From: Haplodiscus bocki
Taxonomy: Eukaryota
Direction of reading: 5' to 3'
Length of the DNA stretch: 64,000 nucleotides
Assembly: GCA_965655095.1 (NCBI GenBank)
Contig: OZ296650.1
Location: 38,130,001-38,194,000, forward strand
The notes beneath the pieces were generated by a model. That model was not told the origin of the DNA, made no database searches, and was given only the letters and a program-made list of their open reading frames with translations. Made by a program: the position numbers and the translations under genes. How positions within the stretch are numbered: position 1 is the first letter of the stretch; each line of letters begins with the position of its first letter. Shown here one piece after another: positions 13,854 to 28,886 of this stretch.

Positions 13854-14393
13854 CTTGTTGCTTCACTGACTAGATGACATTGGCAGAGCATACAAATAGC
13901 ATGAGTAATGATAACTGCGATAAAGTACGATTTTCCCTCTAAAAGTACCATGTTTTTCAGCCATTGCAGCCTGTTTTCCGAAGGCCAGAACTTTTTGACT
14001 GTCAAAAAGAAACGTTCAGCAGGGCTAATAACAACCTCGGGCAAAATATTTACAATTAAAATAGTTCCAATGGACCAATAAGTGAGGTAAGTGTCCCAAT
14101 GTTAATGAAAGCAGAGGCGATTCACGAAAAGGAGTGGTTTTAACGTTTTAGTAACTTTTCCGACGAGACAGTTTTCGCAATAAACACACCCCTTACCAAT
14201 GCTTGTGCTTCACATTGGCAAACATACCACAGCACTTGAAAAAAGTTAGAAGTGCCAACGGAAAAGATTCACTTTACTTCAGAGAAAAACAAAAGGGCGC
14301 GAAAAATTGAGTATACCAGAGAAAGGCGTATCACCAGTAGTGTCAAAAAACTTCGCGTTTTTATCAAATTCAACAGGAAGTATGGATTTGAAT

Positions 14394-17300
14394 ACCAATG
14401 AAGTACAAAACGAAGTATCGAACCAAAATTACAAGTTGGACAAGCTCTGCTCTCTTATTGAGAAACTGTTCACGTTAATGGTTGAGAACAATCTCCGCCG
14501 TCCAAAAATACGTAAATGAGGAGAACGCAAAAATGACTTATGCAATCCAAGCAGTGAAAGAACAAAACGAGTGGCAGAATCATGAGAAAAAAACATGCCA
14601 AAATTAAGCTCAAAATAAATATAGTGTGCTAGGCTTGAAAATACAGTCCTTGAGATTCGATCATACAGAATTATTATTGCCTCTTAAAACTCTCCTGAAT
14701 AAACCTGAAGCCATAATGGTAACTGAATCATGGCGTACTGAAAATGATCCAATAACAAAACTAGATATCAACAGTTATCAGCACATTAAATAAAACACAA
14801 GATAAGGTATGAAGCGAAGATCAGGTGGTGTAGCATTGTATTTTAAGGGAGGCATAGAGTACTACACAATAATAGAATTCGAGACAAACATTGAGCGCTC
14901 AATTTGTCGAGCGGTACTGGAAAATAAAGTCACAAAAAAGTTTCTGCGTAATCTAGAGACCTCAATAATTGAAACTGAATTCAAATTTTTGTAAAAGTGG
15001 AAAACTTACGGCATTTTTTGAGATCTTTGAATGAAGTCTGATTTTTGGTGAATTTAACAAAGACACTTTCAAAAATGAAAACAACCATATAAGAGTATGA
15101 TAACTTATTGGGGGCATGGTTTCGAAATAAAAAATTTCTTACCACGAAGAGTAACCCCAACATCAAAGAAATGTATTGATTATATGACTGCAACTGAAGA
15201 ACACAGAATAGAAACTCTGGAAATAACCAAAACTGACCATTTTGCCCTGACTGCTGAACTAACGTTCACGTTGAAAAAGTGCAAACCAACTGCACCTGTT
15301 AAAAAACGCGATTCCTAAATAATCCTAAAGGAAAAAAAGCATTAAACCTTTTAGCTGGAACAACAAATGGAAATTATGATGACGTGAATGCTGATTCGTA
15401 TATGGCTGCACTGTCGAAAACTATTATAAACTATTTGCACAAATAAGCTGCGGAGAAATGTTTAGCACTTTCTGTAAAACACATACTGCAAGTTGGATAA
15501 CCAATAAAAGAAAGAATGCCATTGTAAGAGATTGCCTGTTTAAACAATGGATGGGAAACCCTGATGAAGCGAATAGATTGTTATATAAAGTCTCGTAATA
15601 TTGTGACAACAATGATTCGATAAGAAAAAGAAGCGAATACAAATTTCGTAAGCTCCGCAAAAATCCAACCCCGAAACAGATCTACGAAACATTAAAAAAC
15701 CAACAACTCACAAAATGACGACTTGAAACAATTACCGGACCTTGAAAAACTTGACAATTTTTTTCGTATATGTAGGCCCAACATTGGCAAACAAGATCAA
15801 AAGTTGGTCCAATGTATGGAAAATTGAAAAACTGCAGTTTTCAATGGTACTGCAACCAACAAGCCAACAAAAAAATTGCAAAATTTCAGGTCAAATGAAA
15901 AACAAAAAAGTGCTGGCTACATTGGAATCTCAAACGAAATCCTAAAATGTTGTTGCCAATTGTCGAACAAAATCTTTCAAAAGTCATTAACAAATGCATC
16001 TTAGGAAATATTCCCTGACTGCTTGAAAGAAACAAAAGTATTGCCGTTACATAGAAGAAGCGATAAAAATCAACCTGGTAATTACAGACGGATCGGTTAA
16101 CTGAGTCCATTGAGTAAAGTTTTCCAAAAAGTTCTTTTGAAGCGAATGATAAAGTCTTGCGACAAACATGAAATAATTTCAAGCATCCAGTCCGATTTCA
16201 GACCTAAAACATCTTGCATCCATAATTGCAACTGTAAGAGTATATCAGAATTGAAATTGACAACAAAATCAACAGGTCAAGCGTGCTTCATTGATCTTAT
16301 TAAGGCATTTGATACGATTAACTATAAGATCTCACCAAAGAAAATTAGAAGCTTACGTCTTCAGAGGTAAATTTATGAAACTTTTCGAAAATTACCTCCA
16401 AAACCGATAACAATATATCAACATTATTGATAAGTCATCGAGTGAAAAAGCTATTGAATGTGGTCTACCTCAAGGGTCAGTATTCGGATCTTTTCTATTC
16501 CTTTAATACATAAATGATCTTAGTACTACTCGCTCTGAAAGCAAAGTAACGTTGTTGGTAGATGACACTACGGTTATCAATGCTGGTAAAAGAATCGACT
16601 CCGTAGTCGGCAAGGACATTAAAAAATGACCATGTGGTTTGGCAAAAGCAAATTGACTTTCAATGCTGATAAATGTGAAGCCATTCACTTCTGTAGAAGC
16701 CGACCCGAAACTATAGTAATGAAATATCAATAACTGGATTACAAATCAACTTGCAAATATGCTGGACTTCACATTGATGAAATACCTAGCATTCAGAGAC
16801 CACATAGACCACGTTGTAAAAAAACAACAACTTTTGCGGTTTATTTATCATGTGCGACATTTGTATCCGAGAAAGTGCCTATTTATGTTTTATAATTCGT
16901 TTGCAGAATCGATAATGACGTATGAAATCGATAATGACGTATGGTCTACTTATTTACGGAAAATTAGCGAATTCAAACTTAGCAAACATCGATAATGTTC
17001 AGAGACGAAGTCTTCGTGCTATATTCTTCAAAAAAAATACTATTCAATGCAGCAAATGATGTTCCGAAACAAAATTAACACGATGGATGAGTTGTTCATC
17101 TAGGAGGTTGTACATAAAGTTTTCGGAGAACTCAGATTAGAGTCAGTCGCCATTGATATTGTTGAATTTTGAAGAAAAATTAATGTTTTAGTGAGAAACA
17201 AGGTGGAACTCGAAGGGCTCTTCCCGCTAATTATTGCGAGAACTATGAAGAAAAAATAGTTTTCGGCAAACTCTTTGATGAAGCCTATAATTGGCTGAAA

Positions 17301-17621
17301 GAGTTAAACCTCACTTCTTCCCTAATAAAAAGGATGACTGTACGACAGTTAAAAAACACCAGAATCTAATCTTATGATTTAAACATGGTTGACATTGAGG
17401 ATCTGTTTTGCTTATATTACCAGAAAATTCTATTTCTCGAGACAGTCTGATGTGCTTTTACAATATTTTGATACTGAGCAATGTTTGGCTAATTTACTTC
17501 CAGGGGCGCAGGCATTAAGAGCAATTATGCTCACTTTGCGTCCTAATTGGGTGTGATTTGATAAAATCTCCGAAAAGATTGGTTATGTATCTATACCCCA
17601 CCGGATTAACTATTTCTATTT
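14394..17621 (+). mobile_element. Array unit 4: 5'-truncated dead LINE
   Basis: Same motifs; AGTC 4-bp duplication (~17141) shared with unit 8. Confidence 0.88.
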
Positions 17622-18161
17622 CTTGTTGCTTCACTGACTAGATGACATTGGCAGAGCATACAAATAGCATGAGTAATGATAACTGGGATAAAGTACGATT
17701 TTCCCTCTAAAAGTACCATGTTTTTCAGCCATTGCAGCCTGTTTTCCGAAGGCCAGAACTTTTTGACTGTCAAAAAGAAACGTTCAGCAGGGCTAATAAC
17801 AACCTCGGGCAAAATATTTACAATTAAAATAGTTCCAATGGACCAATAAGTGAGGTAAGTGTCCCAATGTTAATGAAAGCAGAGGCGATTCACGAAAAGG
17901 AGTGGTTTTAACGTTTTCGTAACTTTTCCGACGAGACAGTTTTCGCAATAAACACACCCCTTACCAATGCTTGTGCTTCACATTGGCAAACATACCACAG
18001 CACTTGAAAAAAGTTAGAAGTGCCAACGGAAAAGATTCACTTTACTTCAGAGAAAAACAAAAGGGCGCGAAAAATTGAGTATACCAGAGAAAGGCGTATC
18101 ACCAGTAGTGTCAAAAAACTTCGCGTTTTTATCAAATTCAACAGGAAGTATGGATTTGAAT

Positions 18162-21100
18162 ACCAATGAAGTACAAAACGAAGTATCGAACCAAAATTAC
18201 AAGTTGGACAAGCTCTGCTCTCTTATTGAGAAACTGTTCACGTTAATGGTTGAGAACAATCTCCGCCGTCCAAAAATACGTAAACGAGGAGAACGCAAAA
18301 ATGACTTATGCAATCCAAGCAGTGAAAGAACAAAACGAGTGGCAGAATCATGAGAAAAAACATGCCAAAGTTAAGCTCAAAATAAATGTAGTGCGGTAGG
18401 CTTGAATATGCAGTCCTTGAGATTCGATCATACAGAATTAATAATGCCTCTTGAAACTCTCCTGAATAAACCTGAAGCCATAATGCTATCTGAAACATGC
18501 CGGACTGAAAATGATCCAATAACAAAACTAGATATCAACGGTTATCAGCACATTAAATCAAACACAAGATAAGGTATGAAGCGAAGATCAGGTGGTGTAG
18601 CATTCTATTTTAAGGGAGGCATAGAGTACTACACAATAATAGAAATCGAGACAAACATTGAGTGCTCAATTTGTCGAGCGGTACTGGAAAATAAAGTCAC
18701 AAAAAAGTTTCTGCGTAATCTAGAGACCTCAACATTTGAAACTGAATTCAAATTTTTGTAAAAGTGGAAAACTTACGGCATTTTTTGAATTCTTTGAATG
18801 AAGTCTGATTTTTGGCGAATTTACAAGAGACACTTTCAAAATTGAAAAAAACCATTTAAGAGTATGATAACTTATTGGGGCATGGTTTCGAAATGAAAAA
18901 TTTCTTACCAAGAAGAGTAACCCCAACATCAAAGAAATGTATTGATTATATGACTGCAACTGAAGAACACAGAATAGAAACTCTGGAAATAACCAAAACT
19001 GACCATTTTGCCCTGACTGCTGAACAAACGTTCACGTTGAAAAAGTGCAAACTAACTGCACCTGTTAAAAAACGCGATTCCTAAATAATCCTAAAGGAAA
19101 AAAGAATTAAACCTTTTAGCTGGAACAACAATTGGAAATTATGATGACGTGAATGCTGATTCGTATATGGCTGCACTGTCGAAAACTATTATAAACTGTG
19201 TGGACAAATAAGCTCCGGAGAAATGTTTAGCACTTTCTGTAAAACACATACTGCAAGTTGGATAACCAATAAAATAAAGAATGCCATTGTAAGAGATTGC
19301 CTGTTTAAGCAATGGATGGGAAACCCTGATGAAGCGAATAGATTGTTATATAAAGTCTCGTAATATTGTGACAACAATGATTCGATAAGAAAAAGAAGCG
19401 AATACAATTTTCGTAAGCTCCGCAAAAATCCAACCCCGAAACAGATCTACGAAACATTAAAAAACTAACAACTCACAAAATGACGACTTGAAACAATTAC
19501 CGGACCTTGAAAAACTTGACAATTTTTTTCGTATATGTAGGCCCAACATTGGCAAACAAGATCAAAAGTTGGCCCAATGTATGGAAAATTGAAAAACTGC
19601 AGTTTTCAATGGTACTGCAACCAACAAGCCAACAAAAAAAATGCAAAATTTCAGGTCAAATGAAAAACAAAATGTGCTGGCTACATTGGAATCTCAAACG
19701 AAATCCTAAAATGTTGTTCCCCAATTGTCGAACAAAATCTTTCAAAAGTCATTAACAAATGCATCTTAGGAAATATTCCCTGACTGCTTGAAAGAAACTA
19801 AAGTATTGCCGTTACATAGAAGAAGCGATAAAAATCAACCTGGTAATTACAGACGGATCGGTTAACTGAGTCCATTGAGTAAAGTTTTCCAAAAAGTTCT
19901 TTTGAAGCGAATGATAAAGTCTTGCGACAAACATGAAATAATTTCAAGCATCCAATCCGATTTCAGACCTAAAACATCTTGCATCCATAATTGCAACTGT
20001 AAGAGTATATCAGAATTGAAATTGACAACAAAATCAACAGGTCAAGCGTGCTTCATTGATCTTATTAGGGCATTTGATACGATTAACTATAAGATCTCAC
20101 CAAAAAAATTGGAAGCTTACGGCTTCAGATGTAAATTTATGAAACTTTTCGAAAATTACCTCCAAAACCGATTACAAAATATCAACATTATTGATAAGTC
20201 ATCGAGTGAAAAAGCTATTGAATGTGGTCTACCTCAAGGGTCAGTATTCGGATCTTTTCTATTCCTTTAATACATAAATGATCTTAGTACTACTCGCTCT
20301 GAAAGCAAAGTAACGTTGTTGGTAGATGACACTACGGTTATCAATGCTGGTAAAAGAATCGACTCCGTAGTCCGCAAGGACATTAAAAATGACCATGTGG
20401 TTTGGCAAGAACAAATTGACTTTCAATGCTGATAAATGTGAAGCCAATCACTTCGGTAGAAGCCGACCCGAAACTATAGTAATGAAATATCAATAACTGG
20501 ATTACAAATCAACTTGCAAATATGCTGGAATTCACATTGATGAAATACCTAGCATTCAGAGATCACAAAGACCACGTTGTAAAAAACAACAACAAGTTTT
20601 GCGGTTTATTTATCATGTGCGATATTTGTATCCGAGAAAGTGACCATTTATGTTTTATAATTCGTTTGCAAAATCGATAATGACGTATGACATCGATAAT
20701 GACGTATGGTCTACTTATTTACGGAAAATCAGCGAATTCAAACTTAGCAAACATCGACAATGTTCAGAGACGAAGTCTTCGTGCTATATTCTTCAAAAAT
20801 ACTATTCAATGCAGCAAATGATGTTCCGAACAAAATTAACATGATGGATGAGTTGTTCATCTAGGAGGTTGTACATAAAGTTTTCGGAGAACTCAGATTA
20901 GAGTCGCCATTGATATTGTTGAATTTTGAAGAAAAATTAATGTTTTAGTGAGAAACAAGGTGGAACTCGAAGGGCTCTTCCCGCCAATTATTGCGAGAAC
21001 TATGAAGAAAAAATAGTTTTCGGCAAACTCTTTGATGAAGCCTATAATTGGCTGAAAGAGTTAAACCTCACTTCTTCCCTAATAAAAAGGATGACTGTGC

Positions 21101-21378
21101 GACAGTTAAAAAACACCAGAATCTAATCTTATGATTTAAACATGGTTGACATTGAGGATCTGTTTTGCTTATATTACCAGCAAATTCTATTTCTCGACAC
21201 AGTCTGATGTGCTTTTTTAATATTTTGATACTGAGCAATGTTTGGCTAATTTACTTCCAGGGGCGCAGGCATTAAGAGCAATTATGCTCACTTTGCGTCC
21301 TAATTGGGTGTGATTTGATAAAATCTCCGAAAAGATTGGTTATGTATCTATACCCCACCGGATTAACTATTTCTATTT
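18162..21378 (+). mobile_element. Array unit 5: 5'-truncated dead LINE
   Basis: Same motifs; matches unit 9 over most of its length. Confidence 0.88.
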
Positions 21379-21918
21379 CTTGTTGCTTCACTGACTAGAT
21401 GACATTGGCAGAGCATACAAATAGCATGAGTAATGATAACTGCGATAAAGTACGATTTTCCCTCTAAAAGTACCATGTTTTTCAGCCATTGCAGCCTGTT
21501 TTCCGAAGGCCAGAACTTTTTGACTGTCAAAAAGAAACGTTCAGCAGGGCTAATAACAACCTCGGGCAAAATATTTACAATTAAAATAGTTCCAATGGAC
21601 CAATAAGTGAGGTAAGTGTCCCAATGTTAATGAAAGCAGAGGCGATTCACGAAAAGGAGTGGTTTTAACGTTTTCGTAACTTTTCCGACGAGACAGTTTT
21701 CGCAATAAACACACCCCTTACCAATGCTTGTGCTTCACATTGGCAAACATACCAGAGCACTTGAAAAAAGTTAGAAGTGCCAACGGAAAAGATTCACTTT
21801 ACTTCAGAGAAAAACAAAAGGGCGCGAAAAATTGAGTATACCAGAGAAAGGCGTATCACCAGTAGTGTCAAAAAACTTCGCGTTTTTATCAAATTCAACA
21901 GGAAGTATGGATTTGAAT

Positions 21919-24900
21919 ACCAATGAAGTACAAAACGAAGTATCGAACCAAAATTACAAGTTGGACAAGCTCTGCTCTCTTATTGAGAAACTGTTCACGT
22001 TAATGGTTGAGAACAATCTCCGCCGTCCAAAAATACGTAAATGAGGAGAACGCAAAAATGACTTATGCAATCCAAGCAGTGAAAGAACAAAACGAGTGCC
22101 AGAATCATGAGAAAAAACATGCCAAAGTTAAGCTCAAAATAAAGGTAGTGCGCTGGGCTTGAATATACAGTCCTTGAGATTCGATCATACAGAATTAATA
22201 ATGCCTCTTGAAACTCTCCTGAATAAACCTGAAGCCATAATGCTATCTGAAACAAGCCGTACTGAAAATGATCCAATAACAAAACTAGATATCAACGGTT
22301 ATCAGCACATTAAATCAAACACAAGATAAGGTATGAAGCGAAAATCAGGTGGTGTAGCACTCTATTTTAAGGGAGGCATAGAGTACTACACAATAATAGA
22401 ATTCGAGACAAACATTGAGTGCTCAATTTGTCGAGCGGTACTGGAAAATAAAGTCACAAAAAAGTTTCTGCGTAATCTAGAGACCTCAATAATTGAAACT
22501 GAATTCACATTTTTGTAAAAAAGGAAAACTTACGGCATTTTTTTAAATCTTTGAATGAAGCCTGATTTTTGGTGAATTTACAAGAGACACTTTCAAAAAT
22601 GAAAAAAAACCATATAAGAGTATGATAACTTATTGGGGGCATGGTTTCGAAATGAAAAATTTCTTACCAAGAAGAGTAACCCCAACATCAAAGAAATGTA
22701 TTGATTATATGACTGCAACTGAAGAACACAGAATAGAAACTCTGGAAATAACCAAAACTGACCATTTTGCCCTGACTGCTGAACAAACGTTCACGTTGAA
22801 AAAGTGCAAACTAACTGCACCTGTTAAAAAACGCGATTCCTAAATAATCCTAAAGGAAAAAAAGCATTAAACCTTTTAGCTGGAACAACAAATGGAAATT
22901 ATGATGACGTGAATGCTGATTCGTATATGGCTGCACTGTCGAAAACTATTATAAACTATTTGCACAAATAAGCTGCGGAGAAATGTTTAGCACTTTCTGT
23001 AAAACACATACTGCAAGTTGGATAACCAATAAAAGAAAGAATGCCATTGTAAGAGATTGCCTGTTTAAACAATGGATGGGAAACCCTGATGAAGCGAATA
23101 GATTGTTATATAAAGTCTCGTAATATTGTGACAACAATGATTCGATAAGAAAAAGAAGCGAATACAAATTTCGTAAGCTCCGCAAAAATCCAACCCCGAA
23201 ACAGATCTACGAAACATTAAAAAACCAACAACTCACAAAATGACGACTTGAAACAATTACCGGACCTTGAAAAACTTGACAATTTTTTTCGTATATGTAG
23301 GCCCAACATTGGCAAACAAGATCAAAAGTTGGTCCAATGTATGGAAAATTGAAAAACTGCAGTTTTCAATGGTACTGCAACCAACAAGCCAACAAAAAAA
23401 TTGCAAAATTTCAGGTCAAATGAAAAACAAAAAAGTGCTGGCTACATTGGAATCTCAAACGAAATCCTAAAATGTTGTTGCCAATTGTCGAACGAAATCT
23501 TTCAAAAGTCATTAACAAATGCATCTTAGGAAATATTCCCTGACTGCTTGAAAGAAACTAAAGTATTGCCGTTACATAGAAGAAGCGATAAAAATCAACC
23601 TGGTAATTACAGACGGATCGGTTAACTGAGTCCATTGAGTAAAGTTTTCGAAAAAGTTCTTTTGAAGCGAATGATAAAGTCTTGCGACAAACATGAAATA
23701 ATTTCAAGCATCCAGTCCGATTTCAGACCTAAAACATCTTGCATCCATAATTGCAACTGTAAGAGTATATCAGAATTGAAATTGACAACAAAATCAACAG
23801 GTCAAGCGTGCTTCATTGATCTTATTAAGGCATTTGATTCGATTAACTATAAGATCTCACCATAAAAAATTAGAAGCTTACGGCTTCAGAGGTAAATTTA
23901 TGAAACTTTTCGAAAAATACCTCCAAAACCGATTACAATATATCAACATTATTGATAAGTCATCGATTGAAAAAGCTATTGAATGTGGTATACCTCAAGG
24001 GTCAGTATTCGGATCTTTTCTATTACTTTAATACATAAATGATCTTAGTACTACTCGCTCTGAAAGCAAAGTAACGTTGTTGGTAGATGACAATACGGTT
24101 ATCAATGCTGGTAAAAGAATCGACTCCGTAGTCCGCAAGGACATTAAAAATGACCATGTGGTTTGGCAAGAACAAATTGACTTTCAATGCTGATAAATGT
24201 GAAGCCATTCACTTCGGTAGAAGCCGACCCGCAACTATAGTAATGAAATATCAATAACTGGATTACAAACCAACTTGCAAATATGCTGGACTTCACATTG
24301 ATCAAGGACCTAGCATTCAGAGATCACAAAGACCACGTTGTAAAAAACAACAACAAGTTTTGCGGTTTATTTATCATGTGCGACATTTGTATCCCAGAAA
24401 GTGCCTATTTATGTTTTATAATTCGTTTGCAGAATCGATAATGACGTATGAAATCGATAATGACGTATGGTCTACTTATTTACGGAAAATCAGCGAATTC
24501 AAACTTAGCAAACATCGATAATGTTCAGAGACGAAGTCTTCGTGCTATATTCTTAAAAAAAATACTATTCAATGCAGCAAATGATGTTCCGAACAAAATT
24601 AACATGATGGATGAGTTGTTCATCTAGGAGGTTGTACATAAAGTTTTCGGAGAACTCAGATTAGAGTCGCCATTGATATTGTTGAATTTTGAAGAAAAAT
24701 TAATGTTTTAGTGAGAAACAAGGTGGAACTCGAAGGGCTCTTCCCGCCAATTATTGCGAGAACTATGAAGAAAAAATAGTTTTCGGCAAACTCTTTGATG
24801 AAGCCTATAATTGGCTGAAAGAGTTAAACCTCACTTCTTCCCTAATAAAAAGGATGACTGTACGACAGTTAAAAAACACCAGAATCTAATCTTATGATTT

Positions 24901-25141
24901 AAACATGGTTGACATTGAGGATCTGTTTTGCTTATATTACCAGAAAATTCTATTTCTCGAGACAGTCTGATGTGCTTTTTTAGTATTTTGATACTGAGCA
25001 ATGTTTGGCTAATTTAATTCCAGGGGCGCAGGCATTAAGAGCAATTATGCTCACTTTGCGTCCTAATTGGGTGTGATTTGATAAAATCTCCGAAAAGATT
25101 GGTTATGTATCTATACCCCACCGGATTAACTATTTCTATTT
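21919..25141 (+). mobile_element. Array unit 6: 5'-truncated dead LINE (mosaic)
   Basis: 5' part like units 10/12, middle like units 4/8, 3' part like unit 2. Confidence 0.88.
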
Positions 25142-25681
25142 CTTGTTGCTTCACTGACTAGATGACATTGGCAGAGCATACAAATAGCATGAGTAATGAT
25201 AACTGGGATAAAGTACGATTTTCCCTCTAAAAGTACCATGTTTTTCAGCCATTGCAGCCTGTTTTCCGAAGGCCAGAACTTTTTGACTGTCAAAAAGAAA
25301 CGTTCAGCAGGGCTAATAACAACCTCGGGCAAAATATTTACAATTAAAATAGTTCCAATGGACCAATAAGTGAGGTAAGTGTCCCAATGTCAATGAAAGC
25401 AGAGGCGATTCACGAAAAGGAGTGGTTTTAACGTTTTCGTAACTTTTCCGACGAGACAGTTTTCGCAATAAACACACCCCTTACCAATGCTTGTGCTTCA
25501 CATTGGCAAACATACCACAGCACTTGAAAAAAGTTAGAAGTGCCAACGGAAAAGATTCACTTTACTTCAGAGAAGAACAAAAGGGCGAGAAAAATTGAGT
25601 ATACCAGAGAAAGGCGTATCACCAGTAGTGTCAAAAAACTTCGCGTTTTTATCAAAATCAACAGGAAGTATAGATTTGTAT

Positions 25682-28600
25682 ACAAATGAAGTACAAAACG
25701 AAGTATCGTACCAAAATTACAAGTTGGACAAGCTCTGCTCTCTTATTGAGAAACTGTTCACGTTAATGGTTGAGAACAATCTCCGCCGTCCAAAAATACG
25801 TAAATGAGGAGAACGCAAAGATGACTTATGCAATCCAAGCAGTGAAAGAACAAAACGAGTGGCAGAATCATGAGAAAAAACATGCCAAAGTTAAGCTCAA
25901 AATAAATGTAGTGCGCTAGGCTTGAATATGCAGTCCTTGAGATTCGATCATACAGAATTATTATTGCCTCTTAAAATTCTCCTGAATAAACCTGAAGCCA
26001 TAATGGTAACTGAATCATGGCGTACTGAAAATGATCCAATAACAAAACTAGATATCAACGGTTATCAGCACATCAAATCAAACACAAGATAAGGTATGAA
26101 GCGAAGATCAGGTGGTGTAGCATTCTATTTTAAGGGAGGCATAGAGTACTACACAATAATAGAATTCGAGACAAACATTGAGTGCTCAATTTGTCGAGCG
26201 GTACTGGAAAATAAAGTCACAAAAAAGTTTCTGGATAATCTAGAGACCTCACTAATTGAAACTGAAATCAAATTTTTGTAAAAGTGGAACACTTACGGCA
26301 TTTTTTGAATTCGTTGAATGAAGCCTGATTTTTGGTGAATTTACAAGAGACACTTTCAAAAATGAAAAAAACCATATAAGAGTATGATAACTTATTGGGG
26401 GCATGGTTTCGAAATGAAAAATTTCTTACCAAGAAGAGTAACCAACATCAAAGAAATGTATTGATTCTATGACTGCAACTGAAGAACACAGAATAGAAAC
26501 TCTGGAAATAACCAAAACTGACCATTTTGCCCTGACTGCTGAACTAACGTTCACGTTGAAAAAGTGCAAACCAAGTGCACCTGTTAAAAAACGCGATTCC
26601 TAAATAATCCTAAAGGAAAAAAGAATTAAGCCTTTTAGCTGGAACAACAAATGGAAATTGACGTGAATGCTGATTCGTATATGGCTGCACTGTCGAAAAC
26701 TATTATAAATTGTGTGGACAAATAAGCTCCGGAGAAATATTATCACTTTCTGTAAAACACATACTGCAAGTTGGATAACCAATAAAATAAAGAATGCCAT
26801 TGTAAGAGATTGCCTGTTTAAACAATGGATGGGAAACCCTGATGAAGCGAATAGATTGTTATATAAAGTCTCGTAATATTGTGACAACAATGATTCGATA
26901 AAAGAAGCGAATACAATTTTCGTAAGCTCCGCAAAAATCCAACCCCGAAACAGATCTACGAAACATTAAAAAACTAACAACTCACAAAATGACGACTTGA
27001 AACAATTACAGGACCTTGAAAAACTTGACAATTTTTTTCGTATATGTAGGCCCAACATTGGCGAACAAGATCAAAAGTTGGCCCAATGTATGGAAAATTG
27101 AAAAACTGCAGTTTTCAATGGTACTGTAACCAACAAGCCAACAAAAAAATTGCAAAATTTCAGGTCAAATGAAAAACAAAAAAGTGCTGGCTACATTGGA
27201 ATCTCAAACGAAATCCTAAAATGTTGTTCCCCAATTGTCGAACAAAATCTTTCAAAAGTCATTAACAAATGCATCTTAGGAAATATTCCCTGACTGCTTG
27301 AAAGAAACTAAAGTACTGCCGTTACATAGAAGAAGCGATAAAAATCAACCTGGTAATTACAGACGGATCGGTTAACTGAGTCCATTGAGTAAAGTTTTCG
27401 AAAAAGTTTTATTGAAGCGAATGATAAAGTCTTGCGACAAACATGAAATAATTTCAAGCATCCAGTCCGATTTCAGACCTAAAACATCTTGCATCCATAA
27501 TTGCAACTGTAAGAGTATATCAGAATTGAAATTGACAACAAAATCAACAGGTCAAGCATGCTTCATTGATCTTATTAAGGCATTTGATACGATTAACTAT
27601 AAGATCTCACCAAAGAAAATTAGAAGCTTACGTCTTCAGAGGTAAATGAAACTTTTCGAAAATTACTTCCAAAACCGATTACAATATATCAACATTATTG
27701 ATAAGTCATCGAGTGAAAAAGCTATTGAATGTGGTCTACCTCAAGGGTCAGTATTCGGATCTTTTCTATTCCTTTAATACATAAATGATCTTAGTACTAC
27801 TCGCTCTGAAAGCAAAGTAACGTTGTTGGTAGATGACACTACGGTTATCAATGCTGGTAAAAGAATCGACTCCGTAGTCGGCAAGGACATTAAAAAATGA
27901 CCATGTGGTTTGGCAAAAGCAAATTGACTTTCAATGCTGATAAATGTGAAGCCATTCACTTCGGTAGAAGCCGACCCGAAACTATAGTAATGAAATATCA
28001 ATAACTGGATTACAAATCAACTTGCAAATATGCTGAACTTCACATTGATGAAATACCTAGCATTCAGAGACCACATAGACCACGTTGTAAAAAAACAACA
28101 AATTTTGCGGTTTATTTATCATGTGCGACATTTGTATCCGAGAAAGTGCCTATTTATGTTTTATATTTCGTTTGCAGAATCGATAATGACGTATGAAATC
28201 GATAATGACGTATGGTCTACTTATTTACGGAAAATCAGCGAATTCAAACTTAGCAAACATCGATAATGTTCAGAGACGAAGTCTTCGTGCTATATTCTTA
28301 AAAAAAATACTATTCAATGCAGCAAATGATGTTCCGAACAAAATTAACATGATGGATGAGTTGTTCATCTAGGAGGTTGTACATAAAGTTTTCGGAGAAC
28401 TCAGATTAGAGTCGCCATTGATATTGTTGAATTTTGAAGAAAAATTAATGTTTTAGTGAGAAACAAGGTGGAACTCGAAGGGCTCTTCCCGCCAATTATT
28501 GCGAGAACTATGAAGAAAAAATAGTTTTCGGCAAACTCTTTGATGAAGCCTATAATTGGCTGAAAGAGTTAAACCTCACTTCTTCCCTAATAAAAAGGAT

Positions 28601-28886
28601 GACTGTACGACAGTTAAAAAACACCAGAATCTAATCTTATGATTTAAACATGGTTGACATTGAGGATCTGTTTTGCTTATATTACCAGAAAATTCTATTT
28701 CTCGAGACAGTCTGATGTGCTTTTACAATATTTTGATACTGAGCAATGTTTGGCTAATTTACTTCCAGGGGCGCAGGCATTAAGAGCAATTATGCTCACT
28801 TTGCGTCCTAATTGGGTGTGATTTGATAAAATCTCCGAAAAGATTGGTTATGTATCTATACCCCACCGGATTAACTATTTCTATTT
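25682..28886 (+). mobile_element. Array unit 7: 5'-truncated dead LINE
   Basis: Partner of unit 3 at +15,035. Confidence 0.88.
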
